Shown one piece after another: positions 1 to 14,290 of a stretch of DNA of 64,000 nt (positions are counted from its first letter, which is position 1; each line of letters starts with the position of its first letter). Under the pieces are notes generated by a model, which worked only from the letters and a program-made list of their open reading frames with translations, was not told the DNA's origin and made no database searches. The DNA is taken from assembly GCA_030704615.1 (NCBI GenBank), contig CM060733.1, forward strand, positions 4,340,001-4,404,000, in the 5' to 3' direction. The stretch is from Takakia lepidozioides. Lineage: Eukaryota > Plantae > Bryophyta. The translations under genes and the position numbers were made by a program.

Positions 1-835
1 AGAGACAGCTTGGTCTTAGCAGTCCGTGTTTCAATCGACGCCCGCTCAGCTGCACCGTGGTGGTTCTCACAGACCAATACGACATTACCTGACTACAGAC
101 ACAAGCAACACACACAAGAGGTCCTATTGTGTTCATGGTCAGTCAAATCCTCCATGGGTCATGACACAAGGTCGAGGACAATGTGGTGAGGGCACCTTCT
201 TCTTCAACTTATTTCAGTCTGTTTTGACCTCTCATCAAACTCAGCCCTGAATTTCTTCACGATGGTGGGACAATCACAATCACAAGGTGTGGCTTTTTCT
301 TAATGTACCATGTAAAGTTCTAAGTTAGTCCATCTTGCAAATGTGGGCTCTTGGCTCCTGTTATGATTTGGTATTCTTCCTAATGTTTACAAGGTTCTTG
401 GGAGAGTCAGCTTGGTCTTAGCAGGCCGCGTTTCAATCTTTGTCAGTTCAGTTGTGGAAATCGCAGCAGCGGCACAATTGATAAAATCAGGCACTGCTAC
501 TCAAGGCACCTTCTTCAACACATTTCACCAGGTTTTCTCCTCTTATCAGAATCTGCCCTAAATTGGTGAGGGCACCTTTTCTTCAACCTGTTTCAGTCTG
601 TTTTGCCCTCTCATCATTAGGGTTGGGGTATTTGCTGGAAGAAGGCCGGATTTCAAGCACAAGATTACCTATGATTCCCTGTGGATCCATTGCTACAAGA
701 AACCTGCATTGGTAGATGGTGAACTGGAAGCCGCAACACACAATTGATAAATTAGGCACTGCTAATGAAGGCAACCTTCTTCAACACATTTCACCCTGTT
801 TTCCCATCTTATCAAAATCGGCCCTAAATTTTCAG
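1..835. repeat. Mosaic of short local duplications upstream of the PPR pseudogene
   Basis: GGCACCTTCTTC..CAAC..TTTCA..GTTTT..CTCATCA motif recurs at ~184-255, 505-563, 564-618 and 770-835. AGAG(A/T)CAGCTTGGTCTTAGCAG occurs at 1 and ~403. Segment 673-760 resembles 1545-1640. Confidence 0.6.
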
Positions 836-879
836 GTTGAATTTCTGTAAGTTACTGGTTGAGTGAACCTTTGATAGTT

Positions 880-3390
880 TGCAGTGTGTGTGCAAGCCTG
901 GCAGCTCTGGAGAAGGGCAAAGAGGTCCATGGCGACATTGTCAGAGCTGCAATTGTACCACATGTCATTTTGAACAATACCCTCGTGGACATGTATGAAG
1001 GGAGTGTTTGACAATATGGCTGAACAAGATGTGGGTGTCGTGGAGTGCGATGATTGCAGGATATGCACAGCTACAGTGTGGGATAGAGGCTTTTGAGAAC
1101 TATGACCAAATGATGTGCAAAGGGGAGAAGCCCAACCACATCACATTTGTTTGTGTTTGCAATGTGTGTGCGAGCCTGGGAGCTCTGGGAAAAGGGAAAG
1201 AGGTCCATGGTGACATCGTCAAAGCTGGAATTGTACCAGATGTCATCATAAACACTGCCCTGGTGGACATGTTTGTCAAATGTGGGTGCATTCAGGATGC
1301 AAGGGATTTTTCCACACTTTGGTTGAACGAGATGTGATGTCGTGGAACGCCATACTTGCAGGGTATGCACAACAGGGGCACGGGATGGAGGCTTTGGAGA
1401 CCTATGAGCAAATGATTGGGGAAGGGTGAAGCCCGACCACATTAGGTTTGTGTGCGTTTGTAGTGCGTGTGCAAGCCTGGCAGCCCCGGAAAAGGGCAAA
1501 GAGGTGCATGGTTGCATCGCCAAAGCTGGAATTGTACCAGATGTGATTCCCTATGGATCAATAGCTACAAGAAACATGCATGTTAGATAGTCAACTAAAG
1601 GCTGCAGCTGCAGCGACACAGTTCATGAAACCAGGCACCTCAACCATGACCACATCTTCTGAAAGAGGATCAAGAGAGGGAGTCCACAATGCCTCTTCTG
1701 GCACTTCTGGGCATGTGAAGATGTTTTGCGGCAGACTGACTGACAAAGGCTCTAACAGACTTAAAACCAATGAGGCATTTCAGTAGATTGAGGTACGTAT
1801 GTCTGTCCCTTGCTTACGTGCAACAAGATGGAAGGTCTGGACGCTGGAAAGCAGGTGCACACTTACATTATCCAAAGTAGATGCACGCCAAATATTTTTC
1901 TACTCAACACCCTTGTCTCCATGTATGTTAAGTGCGGGAGCATCATGGATGCTCACCAAGTGTTCAACAGAATGCCTCAACAATCTTTGATCACGTGGAA
2001 TATAATGTTGGCAGTAGTTACCAAGCATGGGTGTGGTAGGAATGCTTTGGAGACCTATGAGCAACTGCTGCGCGAATGGGTGAAGCCCAACCACATCACG
2101 TTTGTTTGTGTTTGCAATGCGTGTGCAAGCTTGGGAGCTCTGGAAAAGGGGAAAGAGGTCCATGGTGACATCATCAAAGCTGGATTTGTACCAGATGTCA
2201 TTCTAAACACTGCCCTGGTGGACATGTATGCCAAATGTGGGTGCAGCAAGCACGATGCGAAGGGAGAGTTAATCGACAATATGGTTGAACGAGATGTGGT
2301 GTTTTGGAGTGCCATGATTGCAAGGTATGTGCAGCATGGGTATGGGATTAAGGCTTTGGAAACCTAAGAGCAAATGATGTGGGAAGGGATGAAGCCAGAC
2401 CAGGTCATGCTCATTTGTGTTTATAATATGCATATGCGAGCTTAGCAGCCCTGGGAATGGTCAAAGAGGTTCATGGTGACATTATCAAAGCTGGAATTGT
2501 ACCAGATGTCATTCTGAACATTCCCCTGGTGTACATCTATGCTCACTAAGTGTTCAACAGAATCCCTCAACGATCTTTGATCACGTGGAATATAATGTTG
2601 GCAGGATTTACCAAGCATGGGTTGGTAGGAATGCTTTAGAGACCTATGAGCAAATGTTGCGCGAAGGGTTGAAGCCCAACCGCATCACATTTGTTTGTGT
2701 TTGCAATGCGTGTGCAAGCCTAGGAGCGTTCTGTTGTAGTGAATACTTTTCTGACCCCAGTCAACGGTGGGACAATCAAGGCAAAAAAGTGAATGCCTGT
2801 TGGATTACAAAGAGTAGAAGATGCAATTGAGCATAGGAACTAGTGTGATAAGTTGAGTTGGGTGCTAGAATAAATCTAGGCTGTCATCGTCAGCTGCTAG
2901 CAGCAAGACAAAGATGTATGCATGATTTGTGCATGCATGGATAGCTAAAGGAGCAGGGATAGAGTGTGGGTCCAGATTCATCCAAGAGGGCCAGAAAGAG
3001 GTCCATGGTGACATCGTCAAAGTTGGAATTGTACCGGATGTCATTCTGAACACTGCCCTAGTGACATGTATGCCAAATGTGGGTGCATTAAGGATGCGAA
3101 GGGAGTTTTCAACACTATGGCTGAACGAGATGTGGTATCATAGAACGCGATGCTTGCAGGGTATGCACAGCAGGCCGGACGTGGTATGGAGGCTTTGGAG
3201 ACCTATGAACAAATGATGGGGGAAGGGGTGAAACCTGACCACATCACATTTTTGTGCATTTGCAATGCATGTGCAAGCCTGGCAGCTCTGGAAAAGGGTA
3301 CAGAAGTCCATGGCAACATTGTCAGAGCTGGAATTTTACCAAATGTTATTCTGAACAATACCCTCGTGGACATGTACATGCAAAATGTTG
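880..3390 (+). pseudogene. Degenerate PLS-class PPR gene fragments, probably from at least two copies
   Basis: Broken ORFs 1008-1337, 1810-2367, 2585-2730, 2990-3216 and 3150-3390 carry P/L/S motifs (NHITFVCVCNACASLGALEKGKEVHGDIIKAG, NTALVDMYAKCG) with stops and frameshifts. 1580-1786 resembles the N-terminal leader of the intact paralogs. A non-PPR insertion lies at ~2728-2990. Confidence 0.9.
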
Positions 3391-3789
3391 GTGCACCCTA
3401 TCCTGCTGATTTGTTGTTGTGCTGGAACAGTAGCAAACGTAGAAATGCATACGCATTTTACATCTGTTGCTATCTTCAGTGCATATGTAGTGTCCTAATT
3501 TGTACTTTGTCATACTATTGTTTGAGGAGCAGATTTTGGGACTCCGGTGCTATATTGTAAATTTGACTGGCAGCAGTTTAAGAGAAGCTCTTACATCTAC
3601 TGCTGCCTTTAAGTGCCTATGTTTTGTCCTTTGCACTTGCTGACTTCGTTCTTTCCTGTGATTCTTGCTTGTGAATAAAGCATTCATTTGCAGAGTCATT
3701 TTTTGTCTCTTTGCTCTTCCCTTTGTTCTTCTCTTTGTTTAGTATTGAATAATACTAACCCTAATCTCTACGAACCCTAACGAGATAAG

Positions 3790-4345
3790 CATAGTCGCGG
3801 CTCTGACTGTCCAATACATTTAATAGTTCAAAACAACCTCTCATATGACACCACGTGTCCATATATCAGCATGTCATAGTCAGGATCATGACTGCATGAC
3901 CTCCTCAATACATGAAACGTGTCCACATATCATGATGTTTGTAGTCAGAACAATGATTGTAAGACCTCTCATTATATGCCACGTGTCCAGATATTAGCAT
4001 GGTTGTAGTCAGGATGATGACTGCAAATCATCCTCATGAATATGCCACGTGGCAGTTTTGGGAGACGCCATATGGCGCACAAAACCTCCTGGACTTATTA
4101 AAAAGAAACATGTATACAGTTTGCAGCAGCACACTAAGTCATGCATGGTAGAAGTACATATGATTGCCACATGACAGTGAGATGTATCACTTGGTTCATC
4201 TGACTGCAGTCATCCATGACCGACTATACTGTACTCATTGTATTCATTTGGTTTGCACGACTTAAAGTCATTACAGTTATATGTACCTTTTATGACTACG
4301 GGATAGTCATATATACAGTCATATATACCGCGATCTGTTGTAGTG
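3790..4345. mobile_element. Putative CACTA (En/Spm) transposon end with subterminal repeats
   Basis: Ends in TGTTGTAGTG, the reverse complement of CACTACAACA. It is preceded by ~65-bp imperfect tandem units (3835-4055) and repeated TAGTCA/ATGACT motifs. The partner terminus was not found. Confidence 0.5.
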
Positions 4346-7300
4346 CTTGCACTACCGGTGCACTAAGAAGAGCTATTGCTTTCGAGTGCACCTTCTAACT
4401 TACCTCTTGCAGATTCTGGAGGAGAACCCCCTCCAACCTGGATGCGCCAGAGGGCAAGTGCATGGGTTGCCAATCCAAAGCAAGTACATGTAAGAAAGAT
4501 GAATTTGTCTTATCAACAAGCACACCTGCCATGAACTGGCACCGCAATTTCTTCTTGTCCAAAGAACAACTTATGAAAGCCTTCTGACCCGGGGTGAATC
4601 ACTCCTGCAACATATGATATCCCTCTTCCTGCCTCCCAAGTTCCATCCACAGATGCAGAATGAGGAGTCTTGGAAAGAACTGGTGAATAGTCTCACACAT
4701 TTCCGTCCTGTAACTTCTGAATAGTGCCGGATGAGCAATTTTCATATAGAGAAATAAGAAGGCCAACCCTGCCTATCGCATTCCTTGAACTTACAAATCT
4801 AAGTTCAAATCCGTGATGTTTTGTGATGTTTGTAGCAAGGACCTTTAGATGCATGTCAAACTGGAGGTCATTTTGTGGGGCTTGGATTCAAAGTCTCTTG
4901 CACATTCTTGCATCTTCTCAGAAACTGCCAGTTGGACAAAAAGCAATGATCTTTGATGAGATTCTTTGACTGTTTGAGAAGGGAAAATCGACTGGAAATA
5001 TTTGGGGATTTATCTCACTAATTTAACCAGTTCCAAGTCTGTGTTTGTCATACATGGAACATCTACAAATGTTATGGGGATATGTGTATTTGGTTGTTGT
5101 GCATTTTTGCTCACTGATCTTCAAAACAGCTGCATGAAATTCATTTGTTTTTTGTGTTGGTGTGTATCAGCATCTCTGCTGCTTGTAAGACTTATGCAAC
5201 AGCCAATGTCTTCATCAACTTTTCATCTTTTTGCAGGTTTAACCACAATCCCCACTGCGTCTGCAATTCACGCGCCAACTGCGCCAATGCCAACTGTGTT
5301 CAACTGTCATTATGTGAGCTACGGGTTGAGAGTTATGTAGCTGCATAACGACAAGCCTGTCAGACTGTGTTCAGAGATGGCTAATGAGAGAAGAAGTTAC
5401 AAATTATCAGCAACCATAGTTGGGAAATATGCACCATTGGTAATCAGGAATCGCGTGAAACTCTGAAATCATAATTTTTCTCAGAGACGAGAAGCAAGGG
5501 CGAGTAATATTGATTTGTGGGTGGACGGATCTTTGTATCTACACAACCCTATCGATGGCAAATGTCCACAATTTCGGACAAATAGTGAGTTTCTGGAATT
5601 TATTGGGGATGACAAGAGTGGCCTACTGGGTTACTCTGAAAATCTTGCCGCAAATCATAGAAGTATTGAATTGAATTTTGTTGAGGCTCAGAAAGAGATA
5701 TCGTCATTGCGTGAGCTGGTCAAGAGTTTGCAAGATTTAGCGGAGGAGAGAGACAGCCTCTTACAATTCAGCAATACAGAAACGTCTCGTAGACAAAAAG
5801 TAGAGGAAGAAAATGGTCAGATTATGTTAGTGAGTGAATCGTCGAAAGCGGAGGTATCAGTTTGTGGCGAAATATTTTTGGGACTCCCATTTTCGAGGTG
5901 ATAAGCGAAACCCCTGGGGTACGAGTACCGTGAGAGAAAGGTGAAAAGAACCCTAAGGAAGGGAGTGCAACAGAAAACCTGAAATCCGATGCAAACAATC
6001 AGTCGAAGGACGAAGCAGGCTAAGTCTAAACGGCGGGAAAGAAGAGAGGTGGCGACAAGTATAATGTCTACCTATAATTCACCTGGCTAAGCTCCTATTC
6101 TGTCTGCCCGAAAATAATTTAAATTTTAGAGTTTGAAATTGAATACAAGATCACATTCCAAAAAACGAAAAGTACCTTATACAAGGACAGAAGAGCCACC
6201 TTCGTTCAACTTAGGTCCAACAAATATATTTTTCACCGGCATCCCTGGATATTTCCGTAGCATACGATAAGCCAGAGATTAAAATGGCTCAAAATGCAAT
6301 TGCCACTTTCACAAGGCATGCAATAGCCATGTGGGGCCACATGCAAAAGCCACCCTCCTTCTCCTCACCGGTCTTTCTAATCCCACTTTCACACCCTAAA
6401 ACGCCACCGTTTAGCCATGCAACCACCAAATGGGCCCCACAACACCACAATCTAGAAGGTGAGTCTCGTTTCGCATGCATGCAACCGCCAAATGGGCCCC
6501 ACATGCAATTGTCATTTTCACTATGTACCCCAATTCATTTGGGGAGTTTGGGAAGGTTAGAAAAACCGGACACTCTGGGACTAGCCAATATCATGGGGTC
6601 GCGGGAGGCTTGGAGAGGAAGGAAGTGGGTTGAGTGGACATGGACACATGTATTGTTATGTGGTTGGAGTGGCCAATGGGCTCGCAGGTAAGACTGCATA
6701 CAACGGTTTTTTTTTAATACGGGATGGGATGAGGCAGTGAAATAGAGAGGCGGTGGGCCCAAGACTATGCGCAGAAGACACCTGTGCGTCTAGGTTGGCA
6801 TAGTGCGGAGGGAAACGTCACCACCAGACCACCCGGTCACGAACAATCCACACACCGCGTAGGGGCGAGGCTCTTATTTACGCTAGCTTCGACTGGCGTC
6901 AGTGTTTTTTAATCTGGTGAAAAATCGCCAGATTTCGACCTGGAAAATGGGTCAGCTACTTTTACTAAGATCTGTAGGGTACCCTTAATTTTTGCACAGA
7001 CTAAGACCAACAGGAGCCTTAACGAGAGTAAAAAATTTAAAAAAATCGCCAAAAAGCGCCAATGGTCAAATATCAGGAGCCAGATTTGTCCTACGTGGAC
7101 CTGTTAAAATATGACACCTGCAATATAGCCACTTTTCTAACTCGTTAGTCTCGCCATATGGGCACTGGACATGCGAGATGGAGAGAAAGAAATCCGAGGT
7201 ATCGTTCTGGCAACAACTTACCTCCAGGGGGGTACCTACTCTTGCTCTCCAGGACAGGACTCAAAAAAATGAAGGGACAAGAGAAGTTGAAGAGCGACAG

Positions 7301-7934
7301 AAGGATTGGACGAACGATGGGCAAGTGCGTTCAGACTATTTGTGGGGCTCTCATTCTTTCTTTCTCGCAAGAATCGTGTGAAGTATGAGCGGGTGCCATT
7401 TTTGCGCAGGGCAGGTCATGTGAGGAGCTCTCTATCTCGCTGCTTTCGCATTTGAGGTAATTTCTCTATCTTGAAACTCAGCAATGCTCGCCCTTAGGCT
7501 TTCTGGAATCGCATTGGTGAGATAGACATGCTCTGCTACTGGATGGGGTAATTGAATGCTTACAGCGTCTATGGTCACTTTGTGGAGATTTGGGGCGATG
7601 AGTTTTCAAGGGTTCCTCACAGCAAAACTAGGAAGTTGGAAGAATCTTTTTCGTTTGAAAGAAAAATTGGCTGATCTCGTTCATCTGATTTAAGAATGTA
7701 CTTGAGTAGCTAGTCGTGTATGTGTTATCAGCTTTTGAAAGAGAGTCAAAATACGGCGTGTTGGATTATCAATTAGGCTTCGACTATCGCAAGTGAGAGC
7801 TCATATTCTGAACGTGAACAGAATCTTCCACTTATCTCTCTGTTCCCCATGTAGTCTGAAAGAACCTGCCAATTTTTCTTTGTTTCATCGTTGACTTGGA
7901 TTATGGACTTCCCAGGTGCCCACACTTGCCACAA

Positions 7935-10708
7935 ATGACTCTCACGGCTTTCATGAAATGTCAAGGCGCCCAGCTTTTGACTAGGAGAGGAATTTTCTCG
8001 CTTCAAAGTCCTGGGGAAAGTGGTCTTGACTTGGGGGCCAGGAAGGCTACTCTAAAATGGCGGGGGCTTCATGTCTCAGTGGGTTCCATGCATGGCTCTG
8101 GCCATAACTCAGCGGCTGCTCAGAGGTGGCATCTTCCTAATGGCAGATCCTGTTCTATGTTTTGGCCATTGGGTACAGCAGCGGCTGCATTAAGCACTGG
8201 TACTCCTCTCTGTGTCTTTGTTGTTTGTATGTGTTCCTTTCCCTTCTCTCGACCTCCTCCCCAAATCGCATCTTTGACAAGCACAGTCAAGGGCGTGCAT
8301 ACCAAAACACATCAACGAAGTGGGATTTCGCAGTTCTTTCATCACTACAGGAAAACATTGGTTTATGAATATTTCCAAAGAATCCAGAGTGTTAAGTCTG
8401 GTAGGCTTGGGAGTACTTTTCAAATTCAGGGTCTAGGGTTTAGGGATTTTGTGCAGGAGACATTGGATAATGCAACATGCAATAGTGATGCACCATGCAT
8501 TTTGGCAAAATGTCACAGTGCAGGCACGGCAGAGCCCTTGTGGGAAATGAGGGAGAGAGACGTGGAGCTGAGCGAGTTTGTGCTACATGGGGCCAAGACA
8601 ACTGCAATCGCCCACGGGTAGGCTTCATGCTGTGTTGTACTAGAGTTTTCTTGTTGGTCACGTGCAGGTGGTCTTGGTTTCAGTTTGCTAGGCTCTGGCT
8701 GGCCCACATTGGTGGCTACACAACATGGTTGCTCAGCTGCCAGCAGGGACATAGTCACAGTGGGTAACCTGGCATGACATGTACAGGTATCGACCTGCAA
8801 GCTCTTTGGGCTTTTCGTCTCTCTCTGCCTAACATTTAAGATGGGGAGGTTGGCAGATTATGGCGGCAGGTGGTGAAGCCAGGTGATACAGTGGTGGATG
8901 CTACATGTGGCAATGGGAATGATACGCTTATATTGGCAAGGATGGTGTGCACACCAGACATGCTGGGAAGTGTATATGCATTGGATTTGCAACAGAATGC
9001 AGTGGATAAAACTTCGTTTTTGCTGGACCAGGAGCTCAACCCCATCCATGTTAGTTCTCAACTTGTTTTGGGTACATCCTGGGGCAGAATTGCTTAGAAA
9101 TTCACAGCTTGTATCTGAGTTTGTACTCAATGATCTTGGCGCTGCTGTGGAAAGAGAGTGCATTAGTTTGCATCATTACTCTGCCTATTTACTTTTGTCA
9201 GTTGCATTTAGAGCCAAGAGCTGGGACTGCATGTTTTCTGGACTTAGTTTTGTTGTTTCAAAGATCTTTATATCTTTTCCTTTCTGCTCAGGCAGCAGTC
9301 CCCTTGTGGAGCATGCAAGCTGCCAATCAGTATTTGTAGTCATCCTAGTATTTAGAGCAACTTTGCTTCTCACAAAATGAAGGTCCCTGGGTTCTGTGTT
9401 TCCAGTTCCCTCTGGTCCATGGCCACAAGAATACAACAAGTCCACGGTAATGAGTTCTGTCCTTACAATTCCTAAGAGCTGCTGTTTTGTCCGGCACAAG
9501 TCCCATTGGAGAGTGTTTCAACTTGTCCTCCTTTGGTTCAATAATCTCATGGGTGAACAGAAGTTGGTCTGTGAGCCAAAAGGAGTGTTACTGTGTCTGA
9601 GTTGTATTTATTCTATTTGCAGAGGAACCAGGTCACAGTCTTGCAGATATGCCACAGCCAGCTTCAAGAGGTGGTCTCTGACACCCCTGTAAGGTAATCT
9701 TTCTCGCCCTTCTCTTTTTCCCTTGTACAGTGGGTAGTAATTGTTTTCTCATCCAGTGTATGTGCAGTCCTCTGATTGAGGGGGCCTTCTTTACAATCAT
9801 GAAAAGAAGATTCTTTTCGCCAAGTTGGAGAGTCTTGAGACCAGACTGAGCTTCTCAAATTGCTGCGGTCGTTTCAGCATTTCCTTTGATCAATATCAGC
9901 TCATATTTCCGTTTGAGTACCAGTACTGGGACACTCCATGACTGGCTCTGGGAGGGTTGATATTCTCTGGGACTGCTTCAAGTGTATCCTGTGCCAAATT
10001 TAGTAGGGAAGAGACCTCTGTTGTCGGTATGCAACTGTAGGATACGATGATTACTAAATGCCATCACACTCTTGCAGCATGTCATCTGCCTGTCTTGTCT
10101 TCTGACATCATTGAAGGCGTCTGGCAAAGTACAGACTGGTGGCATTTAACCTGGGTTATCTGCCGGGTGGAGACAAGAGTTTCATAACACGGGTGTCCAC
10201 CACTATCCAAGCCCTGCATGCGGCTTCTAATGTGCTGCAACAGGGGGGTCTCATTAGTATCGTTGCCTATATTGGGCATCCGGGAGGCCGGTATCTTCTT
10301 TAATCCACCTTCCTTTTTAGGTTGTTTCTTTGTTGGCTCTTGGATTCCTATTTGTCTGAGGGACTGGCCTTGCTAAGTGGTGAAGATAATTGTAGTATCA
10401 ATGTCAACTTTCAGTCTTCATTGCCAATTTCTCAAGTTAGTTCTTTTCATCTTTTGGACTTAGCTGGGTGAGATCAGTTGATGTCATGTTCTCAATGACC
10501 TATGTGGCGGGGAATCTACATGCTGTTGAGAGGGGGGAAGGGAGATGATGCTCTGACTGAGAAAGTTGGTGGTCATCGTGATAGGGAGGAGTATGAAGCA
10601 GTGAAGGAAGTTGGTGCAGCCCTTCCAGCAGATAAATGGGTTTGCAGTCACCACGAGTGGATTAACCGGCCAATTGGACCCCGCCTCATATTTTTGTCTA
10701 AAAAATAA
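7935..10708 (+). CDS. SAM-dependent methyltransferase of the YtqB/MnmM ('putative rRNA methylase') family, probably organelle-targeted
   Basis: Phase-consistent GT-AG exons ..-8617, 8857-9049, 9623-9693, 10135-10290 and 10585-10708 give [33 protein letters not shown] and [14 protein letters not shown]. The start codon and a possible intron at ~8173-8457 are uncertain. Confidence 0.85.
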
Positions 10709-12399
10709 ATTGTATGTGGCTCATCTCTTGCAACTACTTAAGAGACACTCAAAAGTATAATGATCAATCTGCATTCCATCTCAATATGGGGACCGAGCCT
10801 CAGGGCCCATAGAGTGGACAATACCTGTGCTTAAAGTGTTCTGCACCAAGTAATACCCACCAAATTTACATTGTCTCATAAACATCGTGTTTCCCAAAAT
10901 CTAAACCCGAGTTACAGAGAGATCATTCCATGTGTTTGCAATTTATTTGGGCAAGCACGAACTTAATCTGCATGGTTCAAGCAATGCTTCAAGGGTTGCT
11001 AACAATCCACATGTACAGATCTAGCTCTGTTCCTGTTTCAAGGAAGGTGGTGGCATCCATTCCAGTGAGCAATATGCACTAAGTGTCGGGTTACACCAGT
11101 GTCAGTCCAAATGTTATATAGCCTGCTATCTGATTGTTTGTCCCACTTGCTCAACACCATAATTTGATTTCATCCATCCAAACTTCAGGTACAGATAGTC
11201 CAATTATTATTTCTATATTATATTTATATATGGCAATTAGCATGCTTCTTTTGTTGATGAAGTTTAAGTTCTGCTTCCCATGGATTTGAATCATAAAGCT
11301 GCTGCCAAAATGCTGAACTAAACTCAGCTTCTGAACTTCCAGTTGGAAAGTCTGTTGAGATGATGTCAACAAGGGCTCACATTCTGTAAGAAACAATATG
11401 AGTGAATTAGGTCTATTACCAGATCAGTTCAATGTCTAAGGTCAACCATCTCAGGCCCTCTCCTGTTTATTGCACTGCCTCTTGCCTCCTTCACTTGCTA
11501 TTATTGCCCGACAATTGTTGGTCTCATTTTATGTAAACATTGGCTCAATGGTTGATTCCATTCTGACATGGACATCAAAACAAGCAACATTTTTCTAGAC
11601 TAGGGGGTTTGAGTGATGTGTGCGCGCAAGATGGAGATACTCATCCAAATCATATTGCTTGGCCGTTCACTGTTACCTTCCTACTAACGACACACAGTTT
11701 AAACTTTGATCTCTTTCTTCCGCAGTCCATGTCCATGACTATTGATCCCAGGAATTGAAATCTTTTATTTCAAGAGATAAAGGTAAAGATCTATGGTTCC
11801 CACATGTGTTGGTAGAGTTTGCATTTCAACAGATCTTATAATCAAACTGTTGCCATTTTCATGTCAACACAATACTCTCAAAGCTGTTGGTATGGGCTTG
11901 TTGGAATCGTGGTTTGAGCTAATTATTGAGGATATCATCAATTCCACTGACTTAATGCCTACCATGCTGTCTATTTTATGGTGGGAGCAGATCTCCTGAT
12001 CAAGGAGATCCAGGTGAGATACTGGATTCTGTGAGAGTGTCTCTGAGAGCAAGAATAGCCTGTTTGGTGTCCTCTCCTCTTCTTATCTTGTTCTCGGGTA
12101 ATTTTTGAGAGGTTTAGGATAGTGGATGACGATCTACTGGTGGAGGTCTCGGCTATGGTGATCATTGCCAAGGCCTCCAGTCGAAGCCGTCAAAGCAGCC
12201 CAGCATGAAACATGTTCTCAAAAGCGTTAGAAAGTCCATGCAAAGGTAGTCAGGGAAGAAAACTTCGGTGACTCATTTGCTGTGAGGACCTCTTCAGCTC
12301 GTGGGATGAGGCTTTGTTTGGGAGCTGGCGGCACAATCACTCACAGAACCTAGCAGTTCCAGAGACATTACGAGAGGAGTACATTGGCTCTCTTCCTCT

Positions 12400-14290
12400 C
12401 TTCCTTGGTTATGAAGTGGCATCAACAGGTGTGCATGTGTCCCAAGGGCGACATGTGCAATCGAGCGCTATTGTCCTTTGTATATACTCGTGTATATTTA
12501 CAGGCCTACATCTAGACATCTGGTTCATTATTTATCTCTCCAAATAGCAGTGCAAAAACTAAAGACTATAGGCCCTGCGGGATAAAATAATGCCCTGTTC
12601 TGAAATGTTGCTTGTGTGACCGGTCATTGGTTGGTCAAAGAGTACAAGATACATGGAAAACAGAAAGGGTGGCAACTGAGTATGAAGTGAAGGTACAAAG
12701 AGCAGTGTTGTTTTCCTGACCTTTCTTGTGGGCAATGTAGTCTCGTTGCTGCTGCAAATACCAGCTGTTGCACCTCTCCATCATTCATGATGTATCCTCT
12801 GACATGGACATTGTCAACTCCCTAGAGCTTAGAATCAAAAGAGGCGGGGGGAGAGGTCAGGATTGGACTGAGATTTCAGAAAGAAAGAAACTTTAATATG
12901 TCCATGGGCCAAAGGAAAATTTTAAGAAGATGGAGAAAAGAAAAGTGCAGCTCTCAACAAAAACCAGCTACTACAACCAGCTACTACAATTCACCGCGAG
13001 AGGTTCGCTAAGGTGGAGAGCCTCATCTAGATATGTTGCAGAGCATCTCTGATCCTGTACTGGAACACCTCTGTCAGGGACAGGCTGTCTCTAAATTGGC
13101 AAAAAGTAGTGGCCCCAAAATCTGTAGTGGAGAATGCAGTGAAACAAGAAAGATCTTGGGCTCAATCTCTAGCCTGTCTTGCTTAGCAGAAACAGGACAA
13201 AGGCACTCGGCATGCTGTACCTTATATCTGGAACTTCCAATCCTCAGCAATGAAATGAAAGAAGGAGACTTTATGAAATCCACAGAGAGAGAGAGAGTAT
13301 GGGGGGGACCAACAACTTACAAAGACAGTATAATTGTTTTCTTATTTCTTCTGGTCACTCTTTGTTTCTGAAGGCCTGCCATATATCCCCAACTGCAAGC
13401 TTCTTGCTTGAACGAACTTTCACAAAGGTAGAAAGGTTCTAATTCTCCAGGTCAGTCATGCACTTCAGTGTTGGGAAGGAGAGAAGAAAGACTGACATTC
13501 AGTTTGAGTGATACAGGCCTCCACTCATCAAACAACTTGTCCGCAAGTCTGCAAGGGCCAAAGCAAATGAAGATATAACTCAGGAGGATTGTTAAGTGTT
13601 TTGCAGAGGGAGTTAATCTAACTATCCTGAATATGAATAGTTCATGGAGTCTAATTACACAAAGTTTACAAATGTAGTGTGACATTAATTGACCCATCAC
13701 TTCCCCTCTTCTGCAGGCTCACGTGGAAGAATGAGAACCTGCTGGCAATCTGACTTATACTTACCTTTTACTGCTATCAATCTTCTCATTGTCGCTGCCC
13801 TCCTCTCTCTGGGTGTTCATCTCATCCTCAGCTCTTGCGCACAGCGCCATCCCGTTTACTGTCCCTTCAGTAAATCCCTGGCTGTTCAGGTCGACCAGAG
13901 CTGCAAGTCCCTGTGGCTCATTGTTCCTTTCAAAGGGACTTTGAATTTTTGTGGCCAGTTCGTGTTCCTTTGGGCAAAATATGTGGCTCTGCCATCGCCA
14001 TCTGCGCTGTTGCAGATGTCAGGCTTTCGTACCCAGATGCGACCGTCGTCAAAATGTTCGTTACAAAGGGCTGCAGCTCGCTCTGTTCCTGACAGATTGG
14101 CCTCCACTTGCTCGTCCAGTGGAAGAACTTCAGGTGTAGCAGGAGGATCATCCCTCTACCACAGACTCCTCCTCAACCCCTTCTACCTGAACCCCCTCTA
14201 CTTCAGGCTCGGAGGAACGATGACACCTCTGGCTCTCCCCATCCCTGGGCTTGGCTAGCTCCCGCTGTGTCGGCTTCTCCTCCATTCCGT
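12400..14290 (-). pseudogene. Spliced pseudogene of an unidentified protein
   Basis: Exon-like blocks with GT-AG borders. 13121-12995 and 12821-12721 join in phase to give DFGATTFCQFRDSLSLTEVFQYRIRDALQHI*MRLSTLANLSRELTMSMSEDTS*MMERCNSWYLQQQRDYIAHKK. Upstream blocks at 13760-14290 and ~13500-13548 are frameshifted. Confidence 0.4.

Noticed and set aside
5002-5901. Cys-rich and coiled-coil ORFs
   Set aside because: Interrupted by stops with no recognisable family; probably TE-derived debris.
6900-7150. hAT-like MITE starting CAGTGTTTTTT
   Set aside because: No matching opposite terminus or TSD was found.
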